This document shows, one piece after another, positions 51,255-64,000 of a stretch of 64,000 nucleotides of DNA. A program made the position numbers and the translations under genes. The notes below the pieces were generated by a model, which worked only from the letters and a program-made list of their open reading frames with translations, did not search any database and was not told the DNA's origin. Source of the DNA: Owenia fusiformis (lineage: Eukaryota); contig CAIIXF020000001.1 of assembly GCA_903813345.2 (NCBI GenBank), forward strand, positions 29,202,001 through 29,266,000, written 5' to 3'. Position 1 is the stretch's first letter. Each line of letters starts with the position of its first letter.

Positions 51255-52396
51255 CTAAAACAAACAACTGGTTTATCAATTGAAGTACAAGAACATCAAA
51301 CTGAACATGGTTATAGATATGAACAATATAAAGTATAAAAGTGGTGAAATAATATATAAAGAAACACATGTATTATAGACTATTATGAATACTTACTGCA
51401 TCTTTGTTCACACTTAGATTTTACTGCATACAATGAACTGATATACATTATCATATATGAACTATTAAATCAATCATTCCAAAGGAAAAAACTTCCTTGC
51501 TTTTATAATTAATACACATACAGTAAATTCATAACATAGGCCTGGAAATCTAGTAATGTTAATTCAATACATATCAAAAAACAATTAGCATTAATAGCCT
51601 GATCTATGGATCAACAGGCTATAATCATACATGATTTGATCTAAAGTTACTATTAACCTTTCCAAACAATTAACGACTATAATACAACAGCCTGAGAACT
51701 ATGCAATACTAATATGCTGTTTTCCAATTGAGGCACAATCATCCTCTCCTAATACAGTGAGACATGTAAAGTGGAACACCTCAAGAAGTACAACCCCTCT
51801 ACATGGAACACCTCCCAAGACCAACTTACTTAATGTTAAATGAACCTCTATAAGAAGAACACCTCCCAAAATGCAACACTTTTTAAAGGTACCAAAAATG
51901 TTCAACTGAGACATGTATTTTCATATTTTAAATGGGGAAATTGGAAATAAACATGAGTGAGTCCCCGGATACAGTGAGATTTTAAAGACTCACACGCAAG
52001 CATCAGACAAGACATTCATACCATTTTCACATTGTCAAAGATAAGCTCTTTTCTGTATTTAATGTTCATTATACATCAAAGACACCTGTGATGTAAGCTC
52101 AGGGATGTGAATTTTTCTCAGTGTCTACAGCAGTTGTTTTCAAGAAAATGTGCATCTAGGCTTTTAAGTCTTTGTGGCTCCAATATTGGCAGTGTAGACC
52201 AAGCATGCGAAAAGGGCTTTAGTAATACTTGTTGAACTACAGAAATTATATATATAAATATTCATATCTGGATTTTCAGGTGAAGCCTAAACAAGTGGGA
52301 GATAGTCTTGCTTCAGGACTGTGAGCCCACTTATCTACTTCACAAACATAACAGTTGGAGGGGGGGGGGGCTTTGAAGGGCTTGTAGCTAGACTAA

Positions 52397-52812
52397 GGGG
52401 AGGCATCAAAAGTTTGATGTCGGATAGAAAACTAAATAAATCTAGTTAGGGGGGGAGGGGGTTCAAACCTATTTCAGTTTGCTATCCGACAAATTTCAAC
52501 ATTTCAAATTTTTGACAATTTTGACTCAGAATACCATGGAATGGTTTAAAAATAAAGATTTTACCTGATGCTTTCTTTGTCAAGATCATTCCAAAGGATT
52601 CTATTCTATGAATAGTTGTAAAAAGCCGCAAATTACGATAGGAATTAACGAAAACTTGATCGTGTTTAGCAATAATTTTTCAAATTCTCAAACCGGAAGT
52701 CAGCGATCAACTTTCATGGTATTTAGTTTTTGGGGGGAGGGGGGGGGGGGTTCAGAGTCAAAACTAGATTTATTTAGTTTTCAATCCGACATTGAACTTT
52801 TGATGCCTCCCC
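52397..52812. mobile_element. PIF/Harbinger-type MITE
   Basis: TIRs of about 55 bp starting GGGGAGGCATCAAAAGTT. 3-bp TSD TAA at 52394-52396 and 52813-52815. Confidence 0.82.
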
Positions 52813-52999
52813 TAAGTGGGAGATTGTAACAATAAAACCATTATTTTCATTTAACTTCTCTCAAGGCCTCTTACATAAAGGTTCTGTGTCCCATATGATC
52901 TCTTTAATTCACTATATTTGGAAATGCAAATAGGGATAGGGCAACCAGAAACTTCATCCAAAAGTCTTCGATCAATTATAACAACAAGAGGTGCATTAC

Positions 53000-53266
53000 C
53001 TGGTGGAGTGGGTGGCATTGGCAGTTTCCCTTCTGCCTTCATTGCTGCATACACAGCAGGATCTGTAATCCCATAGGCCCCTGCACTACCAGCGGCTGCC
53101 ATCAGAGCACTGGGGGGTAGCATGGAGCCATAATCTTGACTGGTTGATGATGTCATTTGTTGTTGGTCTATTGCCATTCCATGTTGTCCTGTGTCCATTT
53201 GACCCCCATACTGGTCCTGATAGAAGCCGGGTCCTGCCCCTGAAGGTGGTTTACTTTCTGCACTAT
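53000..53266 (-). CDS. PAR-bZIP gene upstream exon (DSAESK...QMDTGQHGM...PMPPTPP); may contain the start codon at 53198
   Basis: Acceptor TATGTTTCAG and donor G|GTAATG; 267 nt, phase 1-1, open frame, joins in frame to 51254. Confidence 0.8.
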
Positions 53267-55539
53267 CTGAAACATAGAAAGATACCAAATATAAAAAATA
53301 TGTAATATAAATGTGATATCGAACATCTATTCTAATTAAAAGTAATTCTCAACTATATTATTTGGGTATTGATATTATTTTAAATAAATACAATTTTAAA
53401 CGATAATATGTCTTCCGTCCACTTTACTAAACAAACATCAGAGCGAAAAATAACATATGACACTATCACATGTAATTTTCGAGGCAAAATAACATAATTT
53501 TGCAATAAGTTATAATACATAGAGCTATTCATATTTAAGGCCATTTAACTGCTTAATGCTAGACTGGTATTTTTAAATAAAAGATCCAAAAATCAAAAGA
53601 CAAATTCTGACTAATAATTTTGGGCTAAATATGACCTTATCTACAACAATAGTGAAAACACTTTGAAATGAAAATACATCTTCGAAATGGTACCTCCACA
53701 TTCCTTAAAAATAACTACAAGACATTTAAATAGATGGCAGCATGAAAATATTTTTCTACAGGGTGAAGCCAAATATATGTATCATATAAGCTAGTATACA
53801 CGCAAATAGAAGAAAATTGTAATCAAGATCTCATGATTTGCTCTGCTATGTTTTAAGAATTTTCATAAAAATAGAAGTTTTTCAAAAGAAAAGTTTTATT
53901 CCTTCTTGAATATACATATACCACCAAGAAACTGTATTAAGTTTTGATTTTTTGCTCAAATTTCCTTCCTGACATTCCTATCAGTCAAATATACAACTAA
54001 TTTTCCTGGTTTAAATACATGAAGTGATATACATGTACTTTACGTCACAAATGTTAAACCTATTAGATAATACATCCATTTGTGAATCCCAGTGAGGGTA
54101 CCAATATAACAAATGAACCTTGGTGATGAGGGACAGGGGTCAGTTTAGGGTCTTTGATAAACTGCCAATATCAAGTAAGGTCTCAGACTGCCTGGTTTAT
54201 TCACAATTTCTGTTCCAGCTTCCAAGATACATGCCATTTTATGTTATACTGTGCCAAGTTCCACAAGAAGACGACAAAGTATAACCAATATTGATTCTTC
54301 TATGGAGAACTCCAAACTTGAACAACAATAATCTGGTTTCTGTCTACAGATAAAATACCATGATGATCAACTAGAATTATAGTGGGTTAAAGTGGTAAAT
54401 AGTTAAGAAAAACAAATAATTAAGGCACATGATATTCTAAATGAAAGAATCAATGATATAGCTCTTTGTTCTGAATTTAGGGGATTCGTGTAAAAAGGGT
54501 TTGGAAAAGCATAAATAGGAAACTCTAATCCAGGGTGGTGAAGTCAGACACAATATGTAGAGAATATGAACCTATTCGTTGGTTGACCATTTAAATTTAA
54601 CATTTAACATTAATGCAATCAGACACTGTATTATGTTGTTAAGGGTGAACCGGTTAAGCCACAAAGTACAATTAAATATATAATCTGAATGAAAAGGCAA
54701 TGACTGAACTTTATTTTGAACTTGTTTATATATTGTATTTTGTACTTTCAGTTCTCAAGTCCATTTTATTCATACTAACCCAAACCCTCTTGCTTCTTTG
54801 TCATATGGAACTATATTGTAACAGCTACATGGTAAGAAAAAACTACACTATAACAGTTAAATGCAAGTATAGCAGTATACCTATGATATCATATTAGAAC
54901 AGGTAATTGGTAAAATGATATTGTATTAGTTTATAGTAACAGTTCAAAGACAGGATGGTACAATATTATAGCATCTAAACAGTAGAAGACATATTGTAAA
55001 AGCTGAATGGTAGATTCATGTAATAATATTTTAAAATGAATCCAATAATAAAGAAGATATTCAACAGATTACTGGTTAATATTTCCCAAGATGATATCTT
55101 CCTTTTTATATCAGGAATGATTCAATACTATCTCATCTTGTCTTTTAACTCTTACAGCCCATTTCACTTAGGTTATGTATCATTAAAACCTAAAAAAATA
55201 ACCAATCAAAAAGACAACAGTGCAGTATCAAATGGAAAAACTTCAAACTTCTCCAGAAGTGTGTGAGTGTTAGCAGCAATTATCAAACCTTCTATGCTTA
55301 AATTATTCACCAATTTGCTTCATCAAATAGATCATTCTTTGTAAATAAAATATTGTTACTTAACCTTGCGACTTATAATGTTAAACAAAGTCACCTTTTG
55401 TAAATTTTCTTTTAACTTATATTATTGTATTGAATAAAACATGATAAATAAAAATAAAAATAAAAAATGGAAAAATACATTCATATTTTATCTAAAAGAC
55501 ATTTGTATATTTCAAATAAAGTAGTTTTACATGCAATAA

Positions 55540-57410
55540 ACCTGTGGCCGCACGTAACTTACAAGTTACAGCCATGTTAATTTTTTGAAAAGGACATGTC
55601 AGATAAGCATCAAAATACAAAAGAACACACATTTATAGCCAAACCAAAACCAATCTAAGATATGCAATGTTTAATAATTTTTATGTAAAAAATAAATGTA
55701 TTTTTCTATATGATACTGCACTGTGGTCTTTTGTTCGCATATTTATCAGATTTTATTGGTGCAAAACAAATGTGAAATGGACCGTATCAGCTTTCCCAAA
55801 AAATCACTGTGATACTTTTGCACTTGAAACCGCCACAAATACAGCGAAAGTAATAATATCAGTGGCCAAAGGCCAAGTCGGCAATCTAGCCAATAGTTAC
55901 ATAAGACAAACTAAGCTCTACATTGAGTTCATGTGTTATAATTAGAGTCAGACATCAGGGATGACTAGCTCAGTAATCATTTCTACTAAATGGTCATATG
56001 GTCTTTTATATTGCACATCCCTATTAGTTTTACTTTGTAAAAATGTAATAATACTATAGCATAATGACATTCAAAATCCATTTACTCAAACATACACCTC
56101 AACTGACCTCTAATTAAGAGAAATGCGTGTCAAATAAGCACAACATTAATTTATTTAGGTTCAATATGTAATTGTTATAATATAAATAATAAGCGTAACT
56201 GTAACATATGTAAACATCACCTCCAGTCTCGACCTCTTGTTCAACCCAGTGTTATATAATCTACCAGTCCAGTAGGTAAGTATGACAAACAATACCTGGG
56301 GAGTTATGATTCCTCCTCACTATGTTACGCTTTCTTATCCTGTCGACTAGCAAAGTTACAAGTAAATCCTATGATGGTTGTAACTCAGGTTATGCCAGAT
56401 TATGGGGGTCACTCATACATTACCCAGAGTTACAGGATAGGTGATATATGTAGCCAGTGATTACAGACTGAAATACACACTTTATATCACTGCTTATCAA
56501 CAGTTATATTTCTGTTACAGAGAGTTATGAATAGTTCCCAAGTTCCCCTATATTAAGTTGACGCATTATATAAAACAAAGCAACTACTTTGTAAATACTC
56601 TTATGCTCAGTTAGTGTATATATTTGAGTAAATTGCTGTAATCGGGAGAATAACTCACTTTGCTTATATAATTGAACCTCCTTTACTCCTAAACTATCCA
56701 TAGCTCGGAGTTAGAAACCAACAAGACAAGGTTCTCTTTTATGAAGCGAAGTCAAATGATTGCTTACCCCGCACACAGAGTCTAGTTATAAACTACCCTC
56801 TCCCTAGTATCGACTGTATTACAGTTTAGCAGCCCCCAAAGATTGGTGCCTGTGAGAGCCCGGGTAATAAATCATTTCAAATAATCTACCACGCTGACCC
56901 TTCCTCAACCAATCAACGAATTGGAAGGAACACATGCTAAATATGTGCCCATTAACTATGCGCTGATGTCAGAGGAAATGACAATATAGAAAGTCATCCG
57001 TATTTCGGCCAAAAACTCTGATTTGCTCGTTGAGATCAGAGATTTATTGTAAACTGAGAGTGAAGACGAAGCTCTCTTTTAAGAAATGAAGTCCATTGAA
57101 TGCAAAGGGTAATGATTGCTAGAGGTGACATGCACATGCATTGTCATTGTATATATGAAATGCTCTGTTTAGGTTTAAAAGATGATTGTCAAAAAGGTTA
57201 TTTTGAATTTTGAAGGATTGTAATAATATAATATCCATTTAACAGGAATAGATAATTCTATAGCATCAAAATTATGAATATAAAAGATGTATGATTTACA
57301 AATATATCCTGTTTTAAGATGTTAAATCTAAGAAAACCATTTAGAAATATATTTGCAATGCTTTCAAAAATATGAAGGATGCCTCAAATTGTGCATGTAT
57401 TGCGTAATAG
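55540..57410 (-). promoter_or_regulatory. Probable distal promoter / first non-coding exon region of the PAR-bZIP gene, with D-box-like sites
   Basis: Strong minus-strand donor GGG|GTAAGC at 56767 in a locally CpG-richer zone. GTTACATAAG at 55896, GTTATATAAT at 56251, ATTATATAAA at 56565, CTTATATAAT at 56663 and ATTGCGTAAT at 57399. Confidence 0.4.
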
Positions 57411-59840
57411 TCATGTTAAGTGTCAGTGAAACTTAATTACAAGTCACCTTATACTATACATACATATTGTATTTTGAGTTTAGTAGTATAATTGATTAGA
57501 TTTATTTTCGTACAAACTATGTCATTGAATGACATTTCTCAAAAGGATTTATAAAGATATGCAGACTGCTTACTTAAACATGCAATGTACCTTGAAATAA
57601 TTTAACCATATCAATGTTGAATTCAATACCAAACCGCCAAAACTTTAAACTACAAAACCAGGTCACAGTCAAATGATCTTGATGCAATAACAGTGAAACT
57701 CATTTCAACATTTGTCATCCATTTCTAAACATTTGAGAATTTAATTGCATTTCTCCCTGGTGAGCTTACAGTTATTGGTGAAAATCTTGCATAAGAAATT
57801 TGAAAGAGCTTTAAAAGTACCCAGTTGGAAAGACCATTCAATGGGTGCTATTATTAAATTAATGGGGATGAAAAGATTTGTCTGGAAGGGCAAGCGTAAA
57901 GCTAAAGGAGCCTGTCATTCCAAAAGGCAGTTAAATTGAAAGGAACTGGGAGGTATAATAGGTGATAATGATATGTACTATGAGCCATTATTTTCTACAA
58001 TTACAAAGGCTTACAGAGGGTTGTCAGCAATGTCCATAACATATTCAGAGGCACATTCAACGCTCTATGTTTATAGCCTGAAGAACCCTTTCAGATTTCT
58101 TACCACTGCCCTATTCCAATCTTGTTCCATTAGAACATTAGAAACTGTGACAGATTATGTTATATACAGATGTGGTTGGAAATCTGTTCCAAGATATTCT
58201 GTCTTGAACAATAGTTCAAACTTGTCCCTTGAAGGTTTGTGACATTTTATTTACTTGATCAATGTAAGGGTAGTGGCACCTCTTACATATTTTACACAAT
58301 CAATTATTTCTTAAACATTACGGACAAACTGACCATTGAATTTCCTACATATAATAATACAAGACTATTCAATAAAATTTGAATGCCCCAAATCACAAGA
58401 AATTGTGAATGGGACGTGTTGCTTAACAAAGAAAATGAATCATGGTCATATCACATGACTACACAACTAGATTAACTGAAAACTGTATTGCCTTTATTCA
58501 CAAAAGGTTTTGTACAAAAAAAGAAACTCAAAGCATCAAAAAAATTCTGTTCCAAAAATAAAATAAAAGCATTAATTTCAATTTATTACATGTTAAATAT
58601 ACTGATAAAGAACAACAATAATGTAGAGACATTATGATATCATATGTCATCCTTGGCCCAAGAGTTACATTGCATTACAGTATCTGCTATGAAGGATGAT
58701 CATATGTCAATCTCCAACAGTTATAATAGCACCTACCAATTACATCAATCCATTTTAAAAAAAATCTGAACAAAGAAGAATCTTACGGAGTGTTACCTGA
58801 TTTCCGAAATTTTTTTGTGTAATGTCCAATTCAAATGATTTGATAAAAAAAAAATTAGGGTTTATCATCTGTCTATAAAGTTCAAACACCCTGGGTAATG
58901 AAGATGGTTTAGCTGACCATGATGCTGTCAGACTATTGAGTCATCAGAGATATAATATACCCAAGGGGTCTAATAAAGATAGAGACCTAACAGATGAAGC
59001 TGACCTTACTGACCACACCTCTAACATCTTTCCCTGATAACTCAACATGATGGACTCCATACAGCTAGAAATAAGCTGCTAATGAACATATATAATTCAA
59101 CACACTATGAATCATTTACTTCATATTGATCATCATTCATCAATATTTTCATTTCAGATTTTGTCAAATGTTAATGAAAACTATTTACAAGTAAGGGTAG
59201 CCTATGTTGAAAATAGTATCTCTCCATGACCTTTTCAGCCCAATTTTTCTTAAATGTAAATAAATATATCACCTCAATTAGAGGAATTGCTGCAAACTAC
59301 AATTATAGAATACAAGATTATGTACATGTAAAAATACTTTATAATTTACTCCTATATTTATCCTAATCTACTCTTATCCTAAATATGGTCACTGACATTA
59401 TATTCCTGGGTGAACAACTGTCCAGTCTTTCAGCAAGTGTAGGTCTTATAGAAGGATGATCCAACCCAAACTAACAACACTGACCTCCAAGCATCAAATT
59501 TCTATCTTCTCTGCATAATCCTCTACAAGACCTCACATCTGAAAATTGCTTTGTTTTGCCCTTGAGTTCTTCTCTAGGAAGAAACCATTTCACCACAATT
59601 CACCATCAATATGTTTTCAATAATTAACATCTGTATACTAGCATTATGATCACCAATAATTAAGAGATTAATTGTAATTTGTATGTTATGCTTGAAAATA
59701 TGAACAATAATTCATTGATCAAGTGACAATGTCAGTTTTGTGACCCTTGTAGGTTTCACTAACCAATGATTTGTTATTTATTGGCTAGGCTAGGAAGGCC
59801 ATCATTTTAGTTGGTCATTTTACCCTTGAGAAGTATTAAT

Positions 59841-62800
59841 AACTAGATTTTGGAAATTGAACGAGTTCAATTTCAGACTCCAGATCTAGACTTTTTTAAG
59901 CCCAGTCGTCAAAAATGAGCTGAGTCATCCAGAAAAAGGTTGATAGGCGGATTGAATAGGAAGAAGGAATAGGAAAGAATAGGAAGGAACAATAGGATAG
60001 AATAGAAAAGAAGGATAGGAGAGAATAGAAAGAAAGGATAGGATATGGAGGATAGGAAGTAAAAAATATGAAAGAAGGATAGATAGGAAGGATAGGATAG
60101 GATCGGATAGGAAGGATAGGATCAGATAGGAAGGATAGGATAGGATCATATAGGATAGGAATGATGGATGGAAGGATGGATGGATTTTTCAATATTTTCT
60201 TTGCTATTCTTGACTTTCTATCAGGATATCATCAGATCGATTTTTCTCGAAATTTCAAAACGCCATAATTTCCAGACCGGAAGTCAGATCGAAATTTGGT
60301 TTGCAGATTCGGATTCCTGACAAAATTCTTCCCCTAATTCATAACTCATACGTTAAATTTGGAAACTTTTTATTTTGACCTACTTTTTGGACACGCCATT
60401 ACTTCCGAACCGGAAGGCGGATCGAAATTTGGTTTGCAGATTCGGATTCCTTACAAAATTCTACTCCTAATTCATAACTCATACGTTAAATTTGGAGAAC
60501 TTCTTATTTTGACCTACTTTTCGGACACCATATCTCAAAAGTGGGTCAAAATACTTTCTGACGGCAAAAGGCTGACACTATTAGCACACTCTTGGCTTCT
60601 TATGTACACAATTTCGAAGAATATAATTAAAGTGTAGTGTCAGAATCGCAAAAATAAGGATAAACTATGAATTTGACCTAGATTTTGACCTAGGGATTTT
60701 GGTGTCCAAATTTTGAAGTTAGGTAGCCTTCGAGGTCCCCTTCTTTCATAGGCTTTCATTATTTTAAGCTGTACTTAGTCTATATCTCGTATTTTACACT
60801 TCAAAAAAATCTTTTTTCCCATTGACATAACATGGGGCACCAAATTTAGTGATTTTTGAGCTTTCAAAATGTAATAACTTCTGAACTGGAAGTCGGATCG
60901 AAATTTGGTTTGCAGATTCGGATTCCTGAGAAAATTCTATACTTAATTCATAACTCAAATTTTAAATTTGGAAAAAAAATTATTTTGACCTACTTTTCGG
61001 ACACCATATCTCAAAAGTGGGGCAAAATACTTTCTGACGGCAAAAGGCTAACACTATGAACACACTCTTGGCTACATGCATACAAAATTTCGAAGAATAT
61101 AATTAATCTGTAGTGTCAGAATAGCAAAAATAAGGAAAACTTTGAATTTGACCTAGATTTTGACCTAGGCATTTTGGTGTCCAAATTTTGAAGCTAGATG
61201 GCTTTTGAGGTCCCATTCTTTTATGGGCTTCCATTATATTTAGCTGAACTCAATCTATATTTCGTATTTTTCACTTCAAAAAAATCTTTTTTCCCATTGA
61301 CTTAACATAGGCACCAAATTTAGCGATTTTTGAGCTTTCAAAACGCCATAACTTCCGAACTGGAAGTCTGATTCGAATTTGGTTTTCAGATTCGGAATCC
61401 TGAGAAAATTTCCTATAAGACTAATATCCTGGACATTTTATTCGGAGAACTTTTTTTTGGACCTCGTTTTCGGACACTGATATCTCGAAATCGGTTTGAG
61501 ATATCAAAAAACTAAATCGACCCTAGGTTTTCTACTTTTTTATAAGGAACACAATGAAAAAAACCCGGATCGAAAATATTAAAGGACGACCGAGAAAATC
61601 GAAAAAAGTGACAAAGTACTGGATTTGACCTAGTTCTTGACCTTTGACCTAGATAAAAATTTGACGCAATTTCCGAGGAACTAGATTCTGGACCTAAATT
61701 GACCAAATGACTGACTTTACTGAACATTTTATGGTTATTGAGAAAACTGGTTTAGAATAATAATAACTAGACTTGGGAAATTGAACGAAGTTCAATTTCA
61801 GACTCCAGATCCAGACTTTTTTAAGCCCAGTCATCTAAAATAAGCCGAGTCATCCAGAATAAGCTGAGTCATCCAGAATAAGATAGATGGATAAAACAGG
61901 AAGGTAGGATAGGATAGAATGGGAAGGAACGATAGGATAGAATAAGAAAGAAGGTTAGGATAGAACAGAATAGGAAGAAAGGATATGATAGGAGAGGATA
62001 GGATAGGAAGGAAAGGATACGAAGGAAGGATAGGATAGGATGGATGGATGAATTTTTCAATATTTTCTTCTCTACTCTTGACTTTCTATCAGGACACCAT
62101 CAGATCGATTTTCCCAAATTTCAAAACGCCATAACTTCCGAACTGGAAGTCGGATCTAAATTTGATTTAAACATTCGGATTCCTGACAAAATTCTACCCC
62201 TAATTCATAACTCATACATTAAATTTGGCGAATTTTTATTTTGACCTACTTTTTGGACACGCCATAACTTCGGAACCGGAAGTCGGATCGAAATTTGGTT
62301 TGCAGATTCGGATTCCTGAGAAAATTCTATACTTAATTCATAACTCAAATGTTAAATTTGGAGAATTTGTTATTTTGACCTACTTTTCGGACACCATATC
62401 TCAAAAGTGGGTCAAAATACTTTCTGACGGCAAAAGGCTAACATTATTAGCACACTCTTGGCTACATGTATACAAAATTTCGAAGAATATAATTAATCTG
62501 TAGTGTCAGAATCGCAAAAATAAGGAAAAACTTTGAATTTGACCTAGATTTTGACCTAGGCATTTTGGTGTCCAAATTTTTATGAAAAGAAGGTTTTGAG
62601 GTCCCTTTCTTCTATGGGCTTCCATTATGTTTAGCTGTGCTTAGTCTATATCTCGTATTTTACACTTCAAAAAAATATTTTTTCCCATTGAATTAACATG
62701 GGGCACCAAATTTAGCGATTTTTGAATTTTCAAAACGCCATAACTTCTGAACCGGAAGTCAGATCGAAATTTAGTTTTCAGATTCGGAATCCTGAGAAAA

Positions 62801-63305
62801 TTTCCTATAAGACTGATATCCTGGACATTGGATTCGGAGAACTTTTTTTTGGACATCGTTTTCGGACACTGATATCTCGAAATCGGTTTGAGATACCAAA
62901 AAACTAAATCGATCCTAGATTTTCTACTTTTTTATGAGGAACACAATGAAAAAAACCCGGATCCAAAATATTAGAGGACGACCGAGAAAATCGAAAAAAG
63001 TGACAAAGTACTGGATTTGACCTAGTTCTTGACCTTTGACCTAGATAAAAAATTGACCCAATTTCCCACCAACTAGATACTGAACCTAAACAAACTGTAT
63101 TATGGTCCTTACTGGATACCTCATAGTTATTGAAAAAACTCCTAAAGAATAATAAGAATAAGAATAAGAATAAGAATAAGAAGAATACTGGCAAAAACAA
63201 TAGACTCCAGATTGACATCTGGAGTCTAATAAGAAGAAGAAGAAGAAGAAGAATAAGAAAACTGACGAGAACAATAGACTCCAGATTTTCAATCTGGAGT
63301 CTAAT
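59841..63305 (+). mobile_element. Two nested Helentron/DINE-1-like elements, family 2
   Basis: Heads AACTAGA..GAAATTGAAC-GTTCAATTTC-AGACTCCAGAT at 59841 and 61765. Purine (GGATA)n tracts at about 59955-60185 and 61880-62050. Tail hairpins TAGACTCCAGAT..ATCTGGAGTCTA at 63201-63228 and 63275-63303, each preceded by an AAG/AAT microsatellite. Confidence 0.87.
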
Positions 63306-63517
63306 TATGACAACTTCAAAACACAGGTGACTAAATGTACATTTATATGAAATCACTGTCAATATACCCATGATAGACTAATTAACTGTCTTCTGTGACA
63401 TATGTTCTCTATAACTACCTTCACAAAAAAAAATTCTACAGTTTATATGCCCGATTCCTGTCATCCTCATAATATATTTTAAGAAAAGCACCAAAAATAT
63501 ATATACTTTTGCTCACT

Positions 63518-63800
63518 TTAAAGGGAGAATCAGATTTTGCTGCAACCAACTAAAATTGTTTTAATTTTTGAATATTTTTGGGTCTTATCATTACTTATCA
63601 TGTTTATTTTCTAAAAATCTCCAAAGTGCATACTTTTTTTCAGGAAAATTGAAGATTTTTACAATAATATATTATATTTCTAAAATTATGGCTACCATTT
63701 TTATCATTAGTGGTAGGATTCGCCCAAAGTTAGGAGCAAATAACTCAGATGCGAGTAGGTAGTTAACAAATTCACCACCAGGTAGCTTGTTTAACTTAAA
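63518..63800 (+). mobile_element. Dispersed repeat beginning TTAAAGGGAGAATC (possible TTAA-target, Kolobok-like element); right end not defined
   Basis: A similar start tttaagggagaatc occurs at about 18516, and an internal segment is shared with 17017-17062. Confidence 0.35.
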
Positions 63801-64000
63801 TATTATCAGTTTTAGTGGTTCAATTTTCAGATCATCCTTATATTGTATCTAATAGCACATTAAAATATGTCCAGTACAAGAAAGGGGTCTATGGGTAATC
63901 TCCCCGAACTAGAAGTCATATTTTCAAAAAAAATTTCAAAGTTGATAAACAATTTTTAAAACAATATTTCTAGATGTACTTTTACATGTAGATTTCAAAT

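Noticed and set aside
52851..52999. Extension of ORF 52851..53288 past the donor at 52999
   Set aside because: A phase-1 donor joins cleanly to the exon at 51254; the extension looks like intron read-through. An alternative terminal exon is not excluded but is unsupported.
59896..63371. Hydrophobic or low-complexity ORFs (59896-60192, 62904-63371, 63086-63292, 63130-63330)
   Set aside because: Translations of GGATA and AAG/AAT microsatellites.

Overview
AT-rich, intron-containing animal genomic DNA, most likely a mollusc or other lophotrochozoan (inferred from gene and repeat style). Three genes are visible. (1) The last two coding exons (+, 247-378 and 746-2935) of a receptor-like protein whose long disordered tail is packed with tandem tyrosine motifs (NPGYIDHP, GYVDHN). 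(2) A complete 3-exon ACOT13/THEM2 hotdog thioesterase (-, 12310-13797), with an E-box, a perfect NF-kB-type site and a triple-GAAA IRF/ISRE element within about 85 bp upstream of its ATG. (3) A ces-2-like PAR-bZIP transcription factor (-, 25616 to at least 53266) with a probable internal alternative first exon and D-box-like site clusters at both putative promoters. The rest is a diverse set of non-autonomous DNA elements. These include a CACTA element (TAT TSD), an 851-bp palindrome with CAC...GTG ends and a 5-bp TSD (Transib-like), a 726-bp foldback element, and Tc1/mariner- and Harbinger-type MITEs. There are also three Helentron/DINE-1-like families with a shared head-palindrome/subTIR/core-array/microsatellite/tail-hairpin design, two of them stacked or nested into themselves. 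No CRISPR arrays, rRNA or tRNA genes were recognised.
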